35,059 nucleotides of DNA from Pseudomonadota bacterium (GCA_023390675.1 JAEWCK010000049.1:1-35059); one strand, 5' to 3'. Numbered from the stretch's first letter, positions 1 to 8,992 are shown. Notes: generated by a model from the sequence alone, not told the origin. Numbers and translations are program-made.

Positions 1-50
1 CTCCCCCTCCGTCAGCCTTCGGCCGACACCTCCCCCTTGGCGGGCGAGGA
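1..50. repeat. Partial REP/MITE-like palindromic element (double hairpin), possibly cut by the window edge
   Basis: CCCCTCC-GTCAGCC-TTC-GGCCGAC-ACCTCCCCC-TTGGC-GGGCGAGGA forms two imperfect GC stems just past the hydrolase stop. It resembles the dispersed CCCCTCC...CCTCCCC...GAGG palindromes of alphaproteobacteria. Only one copy is seen in this window. Confidence 0.45.
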
Positions 51-55
51 CGGGA

Positions 56-1024
56 TTACCCGAACAACCCATGGCTCTTCGCCCAGGCATGGAACAGCTC
101 GGGCCATGCCGACACCGGCTTGCCCTCGGCGAAACGCAGCCCGAAGCCATGCCCGCCCAGTTCGAAGAGGTGCATCTCCACCGGCACGCCAGCGGCCTTG
201 AGCGCCGCGCGAAACGCCAGCGTGTTCGCCACCGGTACCGTGCCGTCGTCCTCGGCGTGCGCGAGGAAGCAGGGCGGAGTGTCCTTCGTCACTTGCCGCT
301 CGGGCGAATGTTCGGCTGCCAGCTCGGGCGACGGAGTCTCGCCGATCAGCTTGTTGCGCGATCCGATATGCGCGAAGCCCGGGTCCATCGTCACGACGGG
401 ATAGATCGGCGCGGCGAGCGTCGGCCGCGCGTCGAGCGCGTCGCTCGAATCGACCGGATCGTAGACCTTGCGCTCGAAGCGCGTCGCGAGGTCGGCGCAG
501 AGATGCCCGCCCGCCGAGAAGCCCATCGCCGCGACGCGCTTCGGATCGATCTTCCACTTGTCCGATTGCGCGCGGATCAGCCGCATCGCGCGCTGCGCAT
601 CGGCGAGCGCGACATTGGGCGCGTCCTGCCACGGATCGCCGGGCAGGCGGTAGAGCAGCACGAACACGGTCACGCCGCGCGCGGCGAGCCACTTGCCGAT
701 CTCATAGCCTTCCTTGTCGAGCACCACGCGCTCATAGCCGCCGCCCGGCGTCACCAGCACCGCCGCGCCGTTGGGATTTGCGGCGCGGAACACGTCGAGC
801 CGCGGCGTGCGGATATGGTCCATCGCCCGGTCGGGAAAGCTCGGATCCTTGCCGCGCACCAGCATATGGTCGTCGAACGGCTTCAGCAGCCCCGGCGCCT
901 CGCCCGGCCACAGATGGAAACTCGCGTCGGGCTCGATCGGGCCGTTGCCGGTCGGGGCGCATGCGGCGGCAGTGGGAAGGAGCGTGCCGGCGAGGCCGGC
1001 GGCGAGCAGGTTGCGGCGATCCAT
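56..1024 (-). CDS. Tat-exported alpha/beta hydrolase (esterase, BD-FAE/acetylesterase-like)
   Basis: Start moved to MDRRNLLAAGLAG (twin-arginine signal). Motifs: PGGGY oxyanion, GFSAGG nucleophile elbow, DDGTV and GHGFG catalytic Asp/His. Confidence 0.85.
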   Translation of the reverse strand: MDRRNLLAAGLAGTLLPTAAACAPTGNGPIEPDASFHLWPGEAPGLLKPFDDHMLVRGKDPSFPDRAMDHIRTPRLDVFRAANPNGAAVLVTPGGGYERVVLDKEGYEIGKWLAARGVTVFVLLYRLPGDPWQDAPNVALADAQRAMRLIRAQSDKWKIDPKRVAAMGFSAGGHLCADLATRFERKVYDPVDSSDALDARPTLAAPIYPVVTMDPGFAHIGSRNKLIGETPSPELAAEHSPERQVTKDTPPCFLAHAEDDGTVPVANTLAFRAALKAAGVPVEMHLFELGGHGFGLRFAEGKPVSAWPELFHAWAKSHGLFG

Positions 1025-1097
1025 GCGCGGAACTGTGCCGTCTCCCCCGCGACTTCGCAATCGAAAGCGGCTATCCTGTGCGCCAGGGAGGGATGCC

Positions 1098-1499
1098 ATG
1101 ATGATGCTCGCACTCGCGCTGACGCTCGCGCCGCTCGACGACGGCTATGCCGCGTGCATGGACAAGGCGCAGACCAACGGGGAATTCTCGGCCTGCGGCA
1201 ATGCGATGCTCGATCGCCGCGAGGCCGAGCTCAATCGCGTGTGGAAGGAAACGATCAAGGCGCTCGACAAGGACGCGCGCGACGCGCTCGTCGTCGAGGA
1301 GCGGCTATGGGCGGCGTACAAGGACAAGAGCTGCGCCTACCTCACCACCGGCTTCTTCGGCCGCGACGGGCAGACCGTGCACGTCTACACCTGCCTCGAG
1401 GGCGTCATCGACCAGCGGATCGAATATCTGCAGAATATCGGCACCGACGGCGAGCAGGAAGGCGAGCCCGACCAGACGGCACATAGGCAAGGGGCGTAG
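1098..1499 (+). CDS. Lysozyme inhibitor LprI family (DUF1311) secreted protein
   Basis: GGGAGGG precedes ATG 1098. Short hydrophobic N-terminus, Cys pattern C..AQT..E...C, LNRVWK, EERLWAAYKDKSC and C....IDQRI are typical of LprI/DUF1311. Confidence 0.75.
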   Translation: MMMLALALTLAPLDDGYAACMDKAQTNGEFSACGNAMLDRREAELNRVWKETIKALDKDARDALVVEERLWAAYKDKSCAYLTTGFFGRDGQTVHVYTCLEGVIDQRIEYLQNIGTDGEQEGEPDQTAHRQGA

Positions 1500-1680
1500 G
1501 CCGAGTGACGCTCTAGGGTACGCCACCCGGCCACGCCCGCATTCCCCATTTAGGGACTCGTGCCGCCGATACCAGTGGGGCTGCGCCGATATGGCCGCGC
1601 GGTGCGGCGAAACTCATCGCGCCTCGCCGCCCGCCCCGGTTGGCATTGCGCCGGGTGTAAACCAGATAGTAAACCGACCC

Positions 1681-2418
1681 ATGCCCAAGCACCGCGCCGA
1701 TCAGCTCCTCGTCGACCGCGGCCTCGCCGAAAGCCGCACCCGTGCTCAGGCTCTGATCATGGCGGGGCTGGTGGTCTCGGGCGACCGCAAGGTCGACAAG
1801 CCCGGCCAGCAGCTCGCCGAGGATGCCGCGCTCGAAGTGAAGGGCCGCGACCACCCCTGGGTCTCGCGCGGCGGCATCAAGCTCGCCCATGCGCTCGATC
1901 ATTTCGGCTGGGACGTCACCGGCGCGGTCGCGATCGATGTCGGCTCCTCGACCGGCGGCTTCACCGACGTCCTCCTCCAGCGCGGCGCGGCGCGGGTCTA
2001 TGCCGTCGACAGCGGCACCAACCAGCTCGCCTGGAAGCTCCGCCAAGATCCCCGCGTCGTGGTCCACGAACAGACCAGCGCGCGCATCCTCACCGATGCG
2101 CACATCCCCGAGCCAATCGACCTGATCGTCTGCGACGCGAGCTTCATTGGCCTCGCCAAGGTGCTCGAGGTGCCATTCCGCTTCGCCGCCCCCGGCGCGC
2201 GCCTCGCCGCGTTGATCAAGCCGCAATTCGAGGCGGGGCGCCAGGAAGTGGGGAAGGGCGGCGTGGTACGCGATGCCGCGGTCCACGATCGCGTCTGCCG
2301 CGACGTCGCCGGGTGGGTCGCGGCGCAGGGCTGGAGCGTTCTCGGCGTCACTCAGAGCCCGATCACGGGCCCCGAAGGCAATGTCGAGTTCCTGATCGGC
2401 GCGAAACGGGACAGTTGA
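1681..2418 (+). CDS. tlyA: TlyA family rRNA 2'-O-methyltransferase (S4 + FtsJ domains)
   Basis: RADQLLVDRGLAESR, WVSRGGIKL, DVGSSTGGFTD, LIKPQFE and SPITGPEGNVEFL motifs. Start set at MPKHR. Confidence 0.95.
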   Translation: MPKHRADQLLVDRGLAESRTRAQALIMAGLVVSGDRKVDKPGQQLAEDAALEVKGRDHPWVSRGGIKLAHALDHFGWDVTGAVAIDVGSSTGGFTDVLLQRGAARVYAVDSGTNQLAWKLRQDPRVVVHEQTSARILTDAHIPEPIDLIVCDASFIGLAKVLEVPFRFAAPGARLAALIKPQFEAGRQEVGKGGVVRDAAVHDRVCRDVAGWVAAQGWSVLGVTQSPITGPEGNVEFLIGAKRDS

Positions 2419-2489
2419 GCCCGCGCCGCTTGCCTTTGTGGGCGGCGCAACATAGCCCTGTGTGCAGATAAGAATTTTGGAGGTTCGTG

Positions 2490-3047
2490 TTGAGGGAAAT
2501 CGCATCGAGGGGGCAGCTGAGGCTCGCCTATCTGCGATGGGCGGTGGTGACGGTCCCCTTCATCCTGCTGCTCGGCTTCGCCTCGGCGCGCCTCGCGCCC
2601 ACCGGCCCCGAAAACCCGTGGTACGTGCGGCTGGTCAAGCCCGAGCAGTTCCCGCCCGAATGGGCCTTCCCGGCCGCTTGGGGCGCAATCTACGTGCTGA
2701 TGGGCCTCGCGCTCGCGATGGTCATCAACGCGCGCGGATCGACGCTGCGCGGCCCGGCGCTCGTCGTCTTTGCGGTGCAGATGGCGGTCAACCTCGCCTG
2801 GTCGCCGGTGTTCTTCGGGATGCATCAGGTCCAGACCGCGATCATCATCATCGGCGCGCTGTTCGTCCTCGCGCTGATCACCACGATCCTGTTCGCGCGG
2901 ATCCGCTGGGGCGCGGCGATCCTGCTGCTCCCCTATCTCGCCTGGCTCGCTTATGCAGGCTTCCTGCTTTATCAGATCGACAGGCTCAATCCGAACGCCG
3001 GAAGCCTTGTACCTTCGCGCTCGGCCGACCAAATCCGGATCATCTGA
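2490..3047 (+). CDS. tspO: TspO/MBR family tryptophan-rich sensory membrane protein
   Basis: WY..L.KP...PP.WAF..AW, NLAWSPVFFG and LLLPYLAWL motifs. GGAGG lies 6 nt before TTG 2490. Confidence 0.92.
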   Translation: MREIASRGQLRLAYLRWAVVTVPFILLLGFASARLAPTGPENPWYVRLVKPEQFPPEWAFPAAWGAIYVLMGLALAMVINARGSTLRGPALVVFAVQMAVNLAWSPVFFGMHQVQTAIIIIGALFVLALITTILFARIRWGAAILLLPYLAWLAYAGFLLYQIDRLNPNAGSLVPSRSADQIRII

Positions 3048-3066
3048 CCGATTCGAGGAATTTGAA

Positions 3067-3366
3067 ATGCAGACCGACAACCGCCTGTTCGACGATTTCG
3101 TCAAGTTCGTGAACGGCGCGGCGGGCACGATGGCGGGCGTGGCGCGCGAGACCAGCGAGGCCGCGCGCGAGCGCGCGAAGGAATGGATCGGCGGGATGGA
3201 CTTCGTCGCACGCGACGAGTTCGACGCAGTCAAGGCAATGGCCGCCGCCGCCCGCGACGAGGCCGATGCGCTAAAGGCGCGCGTCGCTGCGCTCGAGGCA
3301 CAGCTCGCCGGGCAGGCTGCGCCGGTCGCCGCCACGCCGCGCGCGGCCAGGAAGCAGCAGCCCTGA
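3067..3366 (+). CDS. ubiK: Accessory factor UbiK / BMFP family coiled-coil protein
   Basis: MQTDNRLFDDFVK...MDFVARDEFDAVKAMA..AR.E...LKARVAALEA pattern. Confidence 0.85.
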   Translation: MQTDNRLFDDFVKFVNGAAGTMAGVARETSEAARERAKEWIGGMDFVARDEFDAVKAMAAAARDEADALKARVAALEAQLAGQAAPVAATPRAARKQQP

Positions 3367-3473
3367 TTGTTCACGGCTTGTCCACAGCTTTCGCGCAGGC
3401 TTGTGCACCTGCGCGCTTGTGCCGAATCCATGGGATTGGCAGGTAACCCCCGAGGGTATCGGGGGTGGAGGTT

Positions 3474-3977
3474 ATGATGCTCGACGAAGCCGAGTTCGAC
3501 CGCGAAGACGCCGCACCGATCGACATGCTCGAGACCTATTTCGCCGCGCATGGCTGGTCTCATGAGCGCGAAGAAGAGGAAATTGTCGCCAAGGTAAAGG
3601 GCAGCTGGACCGAGTACGAGCTGCGCGCGATCTGGCGCGAGGACGACGGCGTCCTCCAGTTCCTCGCCTTCCCCGACATCCGCGTTCCGGACGAGCGCCG
3701 CGTCGCGCTTTACGAGACGATAGGGCTGGTCAACGAGCAGCTCTGGATCGGCCATTTCGAATTGTGGTCGGCGAGCGGCATCCTGCTTTTCCGTCACGCT
3801 GCGATGATCGACGGCGAGCAGCCCACGCTCAGCCTCGCTCAGGCCGAACTGCTGGTCGAAAGCGCGATCGACGAGTGCGAGCGCTTCTACCCCGTCTTCC
3901 AGTTCGTGCTGTGGGGCGGAAAGACCCCGCAGGACGCGCTCGCCTCGTCGCTGATCGAAACGCAAGGCGAAGCGTGA
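3474..3977 (+). CDS. YbjN domain-containing protein
   Basis: Acidic alphaproteobacterial YbjN-type sequence (NEQLWIGHFELW, ECERFYPVFQFVLWGGK) directly upstream of proC. Start is 3474 or 3477. Confidence 0.85.
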   Translation: MMLDEAEFDREDAAPIDMLETYFAAHGWSHEREEEEIVAKVKGSWTEYELRAIWREDDGVLQFLAFPDIRVPDERRVALYETIGLVNEQLWIGHFELWSASGILLFRHAAMIDGEQPTLSLAQAELLVESAIDECERFYPVFQFVLWGGKTPQDALASSLIETQGEA

Positions 3978-4780
3978 GCCCGCCCGCCAGCCTCTGGCTG
4001 GTCGGCGCCGGCAACATGGCGGGCGCGATGCTGCGCCGCTGGGTGGCGAGCGGTGCGGTCGATCCGGCGCGCGTCTTTGTCGTCAATCGCCATGACCGCG
4101 AGCTGCCCGAGGGCGTTCGCCAGGGCCGCGCCTTCCCCGACGAGCCGCTCCCCGACGCCGTGATGCTCGGCATGAAGCCGCAGCAGATCGGCGAAGTCGC
4201 TGCGGCGCACGGCTCTCGCATCGCCGGCGTACCGCTGCTCGTCTCAATCCTCGCCGGCGCGGAAGAGACGGTGCTCGCCGAACGCTTCAAGCCCGGCGCG
4301 GTGGTGCGCGCGATGCCCAATCTGCCGGTCGCGATCGGAAGGGGCGTGACGACGCTCTACTCCTCGACCGCCGACGCTGCCGCCCGCGACGCAGTCGAGG
4401 CGCTGATGACGCCGCTCGGTCTGGTCGAATGGATCGCCGACGAGACGCTCTACGGCGCGTTTACGACGCTCCATGGCTGCGGCCCGGCTTTCGTCTATCG
4501 CTTCATCGATGCGCTCGCTTCGGCAGGCGTGGCGCTCGGCATGCAACCGGAGCAGGCCGAACGGCTCGCGCTCGCCACAGTCGAGGGCGCAGGACTGCTC
4601 GCGGCGGAAGCCGACGCCCCTCCCGCGGCGCTCGCCGACCGCGTCGCCAGCCCGGGCGGATCGACACGGCAGGGGCTCAACGTGCTCGACGAGGGCGACG
4701 CGCTAAAGAACCTGCTTCGCGCGACGCTTGCCGCGTCGGCGTGGCGCGACGCCGAAATGGCCGCCGAAGCCCGCAAATAG
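3974..4780 (+). CDS. proC: Pyrroline-5-carboxylate reductase
   Basis: GAGNMAGA Rossmann motif, VRAMPN, GCGPAF and VASPGGST. The GTG start overlaps the ybjN stop (GTGA). Confidence 0.93.
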   Translation: MSPPASLWLVGAGNMAGAMLRRWVASGAVDPARVFVVNRHDRELPEGVRQGRAFPDEPLPDAVMLGMKPQQIGEVAAAHGSRIAGVPLLVSILAGAEETVLAERFKPGAVVRAMPNLPVAIGRGVTTLYSSTADAAARDAVEALMTPLGLVEWIADETLYGAFTTLHGCGPAFVYRFIDALASAGVALGMQPEQAERLALATVEGAGLLAAEADAPPAALADRVASPGGSTRQGLNVLDEGDALKNLLRATLAASAWRDAEMAAEARK

Positions 4781-4782
4781 CC

Positions 4783-4807
4783 GGAACGGCCGCGCGTGGT
4801 GCGGGTT
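4783..4807 (+). promoter_or_regulatory. EcfG/sigmaT general stress response promoter
   Basis: GGAAC (4783-4787)-N17-GTT (4805-4807), about 30 nt upstream of the hemerythrin ATG. Confidence 0.65.
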
Positions 4808-4838
4808 TTATCCTCCGAACCCGGTTTTGGAGGAAGAC

Positions 4839-5447
4839 ATGACGACCACCACTGCGACGCGCGACAAGCAGGGCCGCTTTACCGGCTCGAAGAAGACAAG
4901 CAGCACCGCCAATCTTGGCATGGTCGCGGGCGCAGTCGCGGGCGGCGCTGCGCTCGGCATCCTTGCGATGTTCGGGCGCAAGGCGGCGGTCCAGGCCCCG
5001 ACGGCGCTCGCCGGGAATTGGGACGAGGCGCTGATCGTCGAGCACGAAGCGACGCGCAAGGTGTTCGACGCGATCGAGGCGACCGACGAGAAGGCGACGG
5101 TCAAGCGCAACATGCTGCTCTCGCACCTGAAGCACGCGCTGATGAAGCACGCGATCGAGGAAGAGAATGTCATCTACCCGGCGCTGCGCGAGGCGGGCCA
5201 GACCGAGGCGGCCGATCATCTCAACAACGAGCATGGCTATGTGAAGCAGTATCTCTACGAGTTGGAGAACACGCCCACCGCCTCGCCCGACTGGATCGCC
5301 AAGGTCCGCGAATTCCGCGCGATGATCGAGGAGCACATGCAGGAGGAGGAGATGAAGCTCTTCCCGATGCTCCGCGCGCAGCTCAGCGAAGAGAAGAACA
5401 AGCTGCTCACCGCGACGATGAACAAGGAAGGCTTCAAGGTCGCCTGA
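4839..5447 (+). CDS. Hemerythrin (HHE) domain protein with N-terminal hydrophobic segment
   Basis: GGAGG SD. EH...KHAIEEENVIYP...EH...EHMQEEE metal-ligand pattern and a Gly/Ala-rich helix GMVAGAVAGGAALGILAMFG. Confidence 0.88.
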   Translation: MTTTTATRDKQGRFTGSKKTSSTANLGMVAGAVAGGAALGILAMFGRKAAVQAPTALAGNWDEALIVEHEATRKVFDAIEATDEKATVKRNMLLSHLKHALMKHAIEEENVIYPALREAGQTEAADHLNNEHGYVKQYLYELENTPTASPDWIAKVREFRAMIEEHMQEEEMKLFPMLRAQLSEEKNKLLTATMNKEGFKVA

Positions 5448-5450
5448 GAC

Positions 5451-5939
5451 CTAGCGCCCGAGGGCTGCGATCCTTCCGCGTTCGTCCTCGGGCACCAGTC
5501 CTTCGAGCACGGCCCAGAAGCCGCCCACCGCGCCTTGGCCCGCGCTCGAATAGGCCGCGGACATCTTCTCGCGCAGCGCGTCGAACAATTCGGCCTCGAG
5601 CTTCGCGCCCGCCGCCGTCAGCCGCAGTAGCCGCTGGCGGCGGTCGCGGTCACCGGTTCGCGTCTCGACCAGCCCGCGTTCGGTCAAGTCGCCGAGCACC
5701 CGGCCGAGCGACTGCTTGGTGATCGCGAGGATCGCGAGCAGCTCGCTCACTGTGAGGTCGGGCTTGCGCGCGATGAAATAGAGCGCGCGGTGGTGCGCAC
5801 GGCCCAGTCCCTGCGCCATCAGGCCCGCGTCGATCGAGCGCGTCAAATGCGCGTAACCGAAATAGAGCAGCTCCACGCCGCGGCGGATCTCTGGCTCGCG
5901 GAGGAAAAGCGGGGATGCGGCGGGAATTGTGGCAGCCAT
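5451..5939 (-). CDS. MarR family transcriptional regulator
   Basis: LTVSELL..L.ITKQSLGRVL..L...GLV.....DRRQRLLRLT winged HTH, divergent from ilvE. Alternative GTG start at 5957. Confidence 0.92.
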   Translation of the reverse strand: MAATIPAASPLFLREPEIRRGVELLYFGYAHLTRSIDAGLMAQGLGRAHHRALYFIARKPDLTVSELLAILAITKQSLGRVLGDLTERGLVETRTGDRDRRQRLLRLTAAGAKLEAELFDALREKMSAAYSSAGQGAVGGFWAVLEGLVPEDERGRIAALGR

Positions 5940-6006
5940 GTTGACCGTTTCTGCCACCGCGCCTAACCCGCTGCAAGTCGCTGCAGGCTAGAGTCGGGAA
6001 CCCCAG

Positions 6007-7104
6007 ATGGACGACACCACGATCCTGGATTTCGAGTTCGAGGCGCATCCCGATCCTGTTCCGGCGGGCGATCGCGCGGCGCTGCTCGCCAATCCGGGGT
6101 TCGGCAAGGTGTTCACCGATCATATGGCGGTGATCCGCTATTCGGCCGACAGGGGCTGGCACGACGCCCGGATCGAGCCGCGCCGCCCGCTCGAGATCGA
6201 TCCGGCCTGCGCGGTGCTCCATTATGCGCAGGAGATCTTCGAGGGCCTCAAGGCCTATCGCACGCCCGACGGCGGCGCCTCACTGTTCCGCGCCGAACAG
6301 AATGCCCGCCGCTTCGCCGAGTCCGCCGAGCGGATGGCGATGGCGCCGCTGCCCGAGAACCTGTTCCTCAATTCGATCCGCGAGCTGGTGAAGCGCGACC
6401 GCGACTGGATACCTGAGATCGAGGGCGGTTCGCTCTATCTGCGCCCCTTCATGTTCGCGAGCGAAGTGTTCCTGGGCGTCAAGCCGGCCAGCGAATATCT
6501 CTACATCGTCCTGGCCTCACCCGCGGGCGCCTATTTCAAGGGCGGCGCGCCGTCGGTGACGCTCTGGGTCTCGGAGCATTACACTCGTGCCGCGCCCGGC
6601 GGCACCGGCGCCGCCAAGTGCGGCGGTAATTATGCGGCCAGCCTCGTCGCGCAGAAGGAAGCGATCGCCGAAGGCTGCGACCAGGTCGTGTTCCTCGACG
6701 CGGTTGAGAACCGCTATGTCGAAGAATTGGGCGGCATGAACGTGATGTTCGTGATGAACGACGGTTCGATCGTCACTCCGCCGCTCGGCGGCACGATCCT
6801 TCCGGGCATCACCCGCGATTCGCTGCTCACGCTGGCGCGCGGGCAGGGGATCGAAGTGCGCGAGGAACGCTACGGCATCGATCAATGGAAGGCCGATGCC
6901 GAGAGCGGCAAGCTGCGCGAGGCCTTTGCCTGCGGCACTGCGGCGGTCCTCACTCCGATCGGCCGGGTGCGCGGGCGCGACTACGAGTTCCAGATGGGCA
7001 ATGGGGGCCCGGGCATGCTCACCGAGAAGCTCCGCGCCGATCTCGTCGCGATTCAGCGCGGCACCGCGCCCGATCCGCACGGCTGGGTTGAACGGCTCTT
7101 CTGA
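6007..7104 (+). CDS. ilvE: Branched-chain amino acid aminotransferase
   Basis: LHYAQEIFEGLKAY, YLRP, AAKCGGNY (PLP lysine), EELGGMN, ILPGITR and GTAA motifs. Confidence 0.96.
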   Translation: MDDTTILDFEFEAHPDPVPAGDRAALLANPGFGKVFTDHMAVIRYSADRGWHDARIEPRRPLEIDPACAVLHYAQEIFEGLKAYRTPDGGASLFRAEQNARRFAESAERMAMAPLPENLFLNSIRELVKRDRDWIPEIEGGSLYLRPFMFASEVFLGVKPASEYLYIVLASPAGAYFKGGAPSVTLWVSEHYTRAAPGGTGAAKCGGNYAASLVAQKEAIAEGCDQVVFLDAVENRYVEELGGMNVMFVMNDGSIVTPPLGGTILPGITRDSLLTLARGQGIEVREERYGIDQWKADAESGKLREAFACGTAAVLTPIGRVRGRDYEFQMGNGGPGMLTEKLRADLVAIQRGTAPDPHGWVERLF

Positions 7105-7115
7105 GGCCCTATAAG
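7088..7115 (+). promoter_or_regulatory. Putative sigma70 promoter of tRNA-Gln
   Basis: TTGAAC-N16-TATAAG followed by the GC-rich discriminator CCCGGC, 12 nt before the tRNA. Confidence 0.55.
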
Positions 7116-7127
7116 CCCGGCTCCCGT

Positions 7128-7202
7128 TGGGGCGTCGCCAAGTGGTAAGGCAACGGTTTTTGGTACCGTCATTCGCAGGTTCGAATCCTGCCGCCCCAGC
7201 CA
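7128..7202 (+). tRNA. tRNA-Gln (anticodon TTG)
   Basis: Cloverleaf: acceptor TGGGGCG/CGCCCCA, D arm GCC-AAGTGGTAA-GGC, anticodon arm ACGGT-TTTTGGT-ACCGT, T arm GCAGG-TTCGAAT-CCTGC, encoded CCA. Confidence 0.97.
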
Positions 7203-7417
7203 GGGAGGCCATGTGTGCACGGGATCCGGGATTCCGCACCTTCCGCCGCTCGGTGTAAACGCGACTGTGGAATTCGCCGCAGGTCGCTGCAGCTTTCAAG
7301 TGGTTTCTCTGTCGTCTTCGAGGTGCCTGGCAGAGGCTGATCAGAGGCATCGCCGACAGGTATTTGCCGAGTAACCCGCGCGGCGCTTGCGACTACGACC
7401 CTAACGAGGAGCGCATC

Positions 7418-8115
7418 GTGCTGAAGCACTTGGGACCGGACCTCTGGGTGGCAGACGGCGGGATCGTCTCGTTCTTCGGCTTCGATTATCCGACTCGGAT
7501 GGCGGTGGTGCGTCTGAAGAACGGCGCCTTGTGGATGTGGTCGCCAGTCGAGCTGACCCCGCGCTTGAAGGGCAGGTGCGCGCCTTGGGGCCAGTGCAGC
7601 ACCTCGTGAGCCCCAACAAGCTCCATCACCTTTTCCTGGGCACGTGGCAAAGCGCCTTTCCTCAGGCGCGGATGTGGGGAACCGCCTCGACCATTGCCAA
7701 ATGCAAGGGACTGGACTTCCACGGAACGCTGGGAGACGGGGCTCCGCCGGACTGGGCGGGGCAGATCGATCAGTTCTATTTCACCAACTCTCCTTTCATG
7801 GACGAGCTGACCTTTTTCCACCGCGCTTCACGCACCGCGATTATCGCTGACCTGTCGCAGACTTTCTCGGAAGCCTTTCTCGCGGATCATTGGCCGTGGT
7901 GGCTGCGGCCGATCGCAAGAATGTCGAAAATGGTCGAAGGCTGGGGCTATCCTCCGCTCGATTACCGGACGAGCTTCCGGAACCGCTCCACCGCACGGCC
8001 AAAGATCCGCGCATTGATCGATGCACATCCCGAGCACGTTATCGTCGCGCATGGCGAGATCGTCCGGTCGGGAGGCGAGGTCTTTCTGCGCCGGGCATTT
8101 TCCTGGCTGCTATAG
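7418..8115 (+). pseudogene. DUF4336 domain protein (metallo-beta-lactamase-like), split by a 1-nt frameshift
   Basis: GAGGAG SD and GTG 7418 give LKHLGPDLWVADG...TRMAVVRL.NG.LW..SPV. The protein continues in another frame as ALGPVQHLVSPNKLHHLF...IVAHG. One extra C in the CCCC run at 7557-7560 restores the frame, so this may be an assembly error. Confidence 0.75.
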
Positions 8116-8206
8116 TCTCGAGGGGGGAAGTCCCGACATGTTATGACGGCGACGAAGATCGGCGGTCGCATGTCAACGGGACATGCAACGCGCGCAGGCG
8201 CTGCGG

Positions 8207-8962
8207 TCAGGCGAGACGCGCGCTGAGGAGGAAGCGCGCGCGGCTTTCCGCGGACCGGCGGCGAAGTTCCTGAAGCTCGCGCTCTTCATTGGCATCCAGC
8301 ATCGATTCGAGCAGCCGGTTGAAGTGCCGCCGCATCGCCAGGCGGGCGCCGATCGAATCGCGCGCGCGCAACGCATCGAGGATCGCGCGGTGCTCGGCGT
8401 CGCGTGCGGCGCCATCCTGCCTGCAGACCGCAGCGTGGGTCGCACGCACCTCGGGGAGCTCGGTGCGGAGACGCCAGAGCGTGCCAATCATGTAGATGAT
8501 CGCGCGATTGCCCGATGCCGCGGCGATCAGGTTATGGAATTCGCGGTCTGCCTGGTTGATCTCTTCATCGCTCGCGCCATCGTTGCCCATGATCTCGAGC
8601 AACTCGCCCAGCCGCGCGATGTCGGAGTCGGCTATCGTCGTCGCGGCGAGTGCGGCGGCTTCGGCCTCGAACAGCGAACGCGCCTCGGTGAGCTCGAACG
8701 CGCTGACCTTGGGAAGCTGATCGCCGCCGACCCTTGCGTCCTCGGCGCCGCCCGTCACATACACGCCCGCGCCGGTCTTGATCCGGATCCATCCCGCCGC
8801 CTGGAGCGCGATCTCGGCCTCGCGGATCGTGACGCGGCTCACGCCGAAGCGCTCCGAAAGCTCGCGCTCGCCGGGAAGTCGCGAGCCCGGCGGAAACGCA
8901 CCGTCGCGGATCAGGTCGACGATACGGTCGGCGATATCCTGGAATAGCCGGCGCTCAGCCAT
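8207..8962 (-). CDS. FadR/GntR family transcriptional regulator
   Basis: PGSRLPGERELSERFGVSRVTIREA HTH and FCD domain (DREFH..IA.ASGN, EH..I..A...RD). Confidence 0.95.
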   Translation of the reverse strand: MAERRLFQDIADRIVDLIRDGAFPPGSRLPGERELSERFGVSRVTIREAEIALQAAGWIRIKTGAGVYVTGGAEDARVGGDQLPKVSAFELTEARSLFEAEAAALAATTIADSDIARLGELLEIMGNDGASDEEINQADREFHNLIAAASGNRAIIYMIGTLWRLRTELPEVRATHAAVCRQDGAARDAEHRAILDALRARDSIGARLAMRRHFNRLLESMLDANEERELQELRRRSAESRARFLLSARLA

Positions 8963-8992
8963 TGCCGCGTTTCTTCCCCATTTGGCCCGAAC

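Noticed and set aside
1029..1053. EcfG promoter before the LprI-like gene
   Set aside because: GGAAC is present, but the -10 position reads CGAC rather than CGTT/GTT.
2352..3965. 537-aa antisense ORF, and similar long shadow ORFs at 71-1486, 10276-11667, 17215-18486, 19916-21235 and 27309-28841
   Set aside because: They mirror real genes on the opposite strand, as expected from high-GC codon bias, and show no recognisable motifs.
7203..7417. Integrase remnant or attachment-site duplicate after tRNA-Gln
   Set aside because: No recombinase-like translation, and no second copy of the tRNA 3' end found by eye within the window.
8168..8186. Inverted repeat GCATGTC-N5-GACATGC between convergent genes
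   Set aside because: A 7-bp stem with no U-tract is too weak to call as a terminator or operator.
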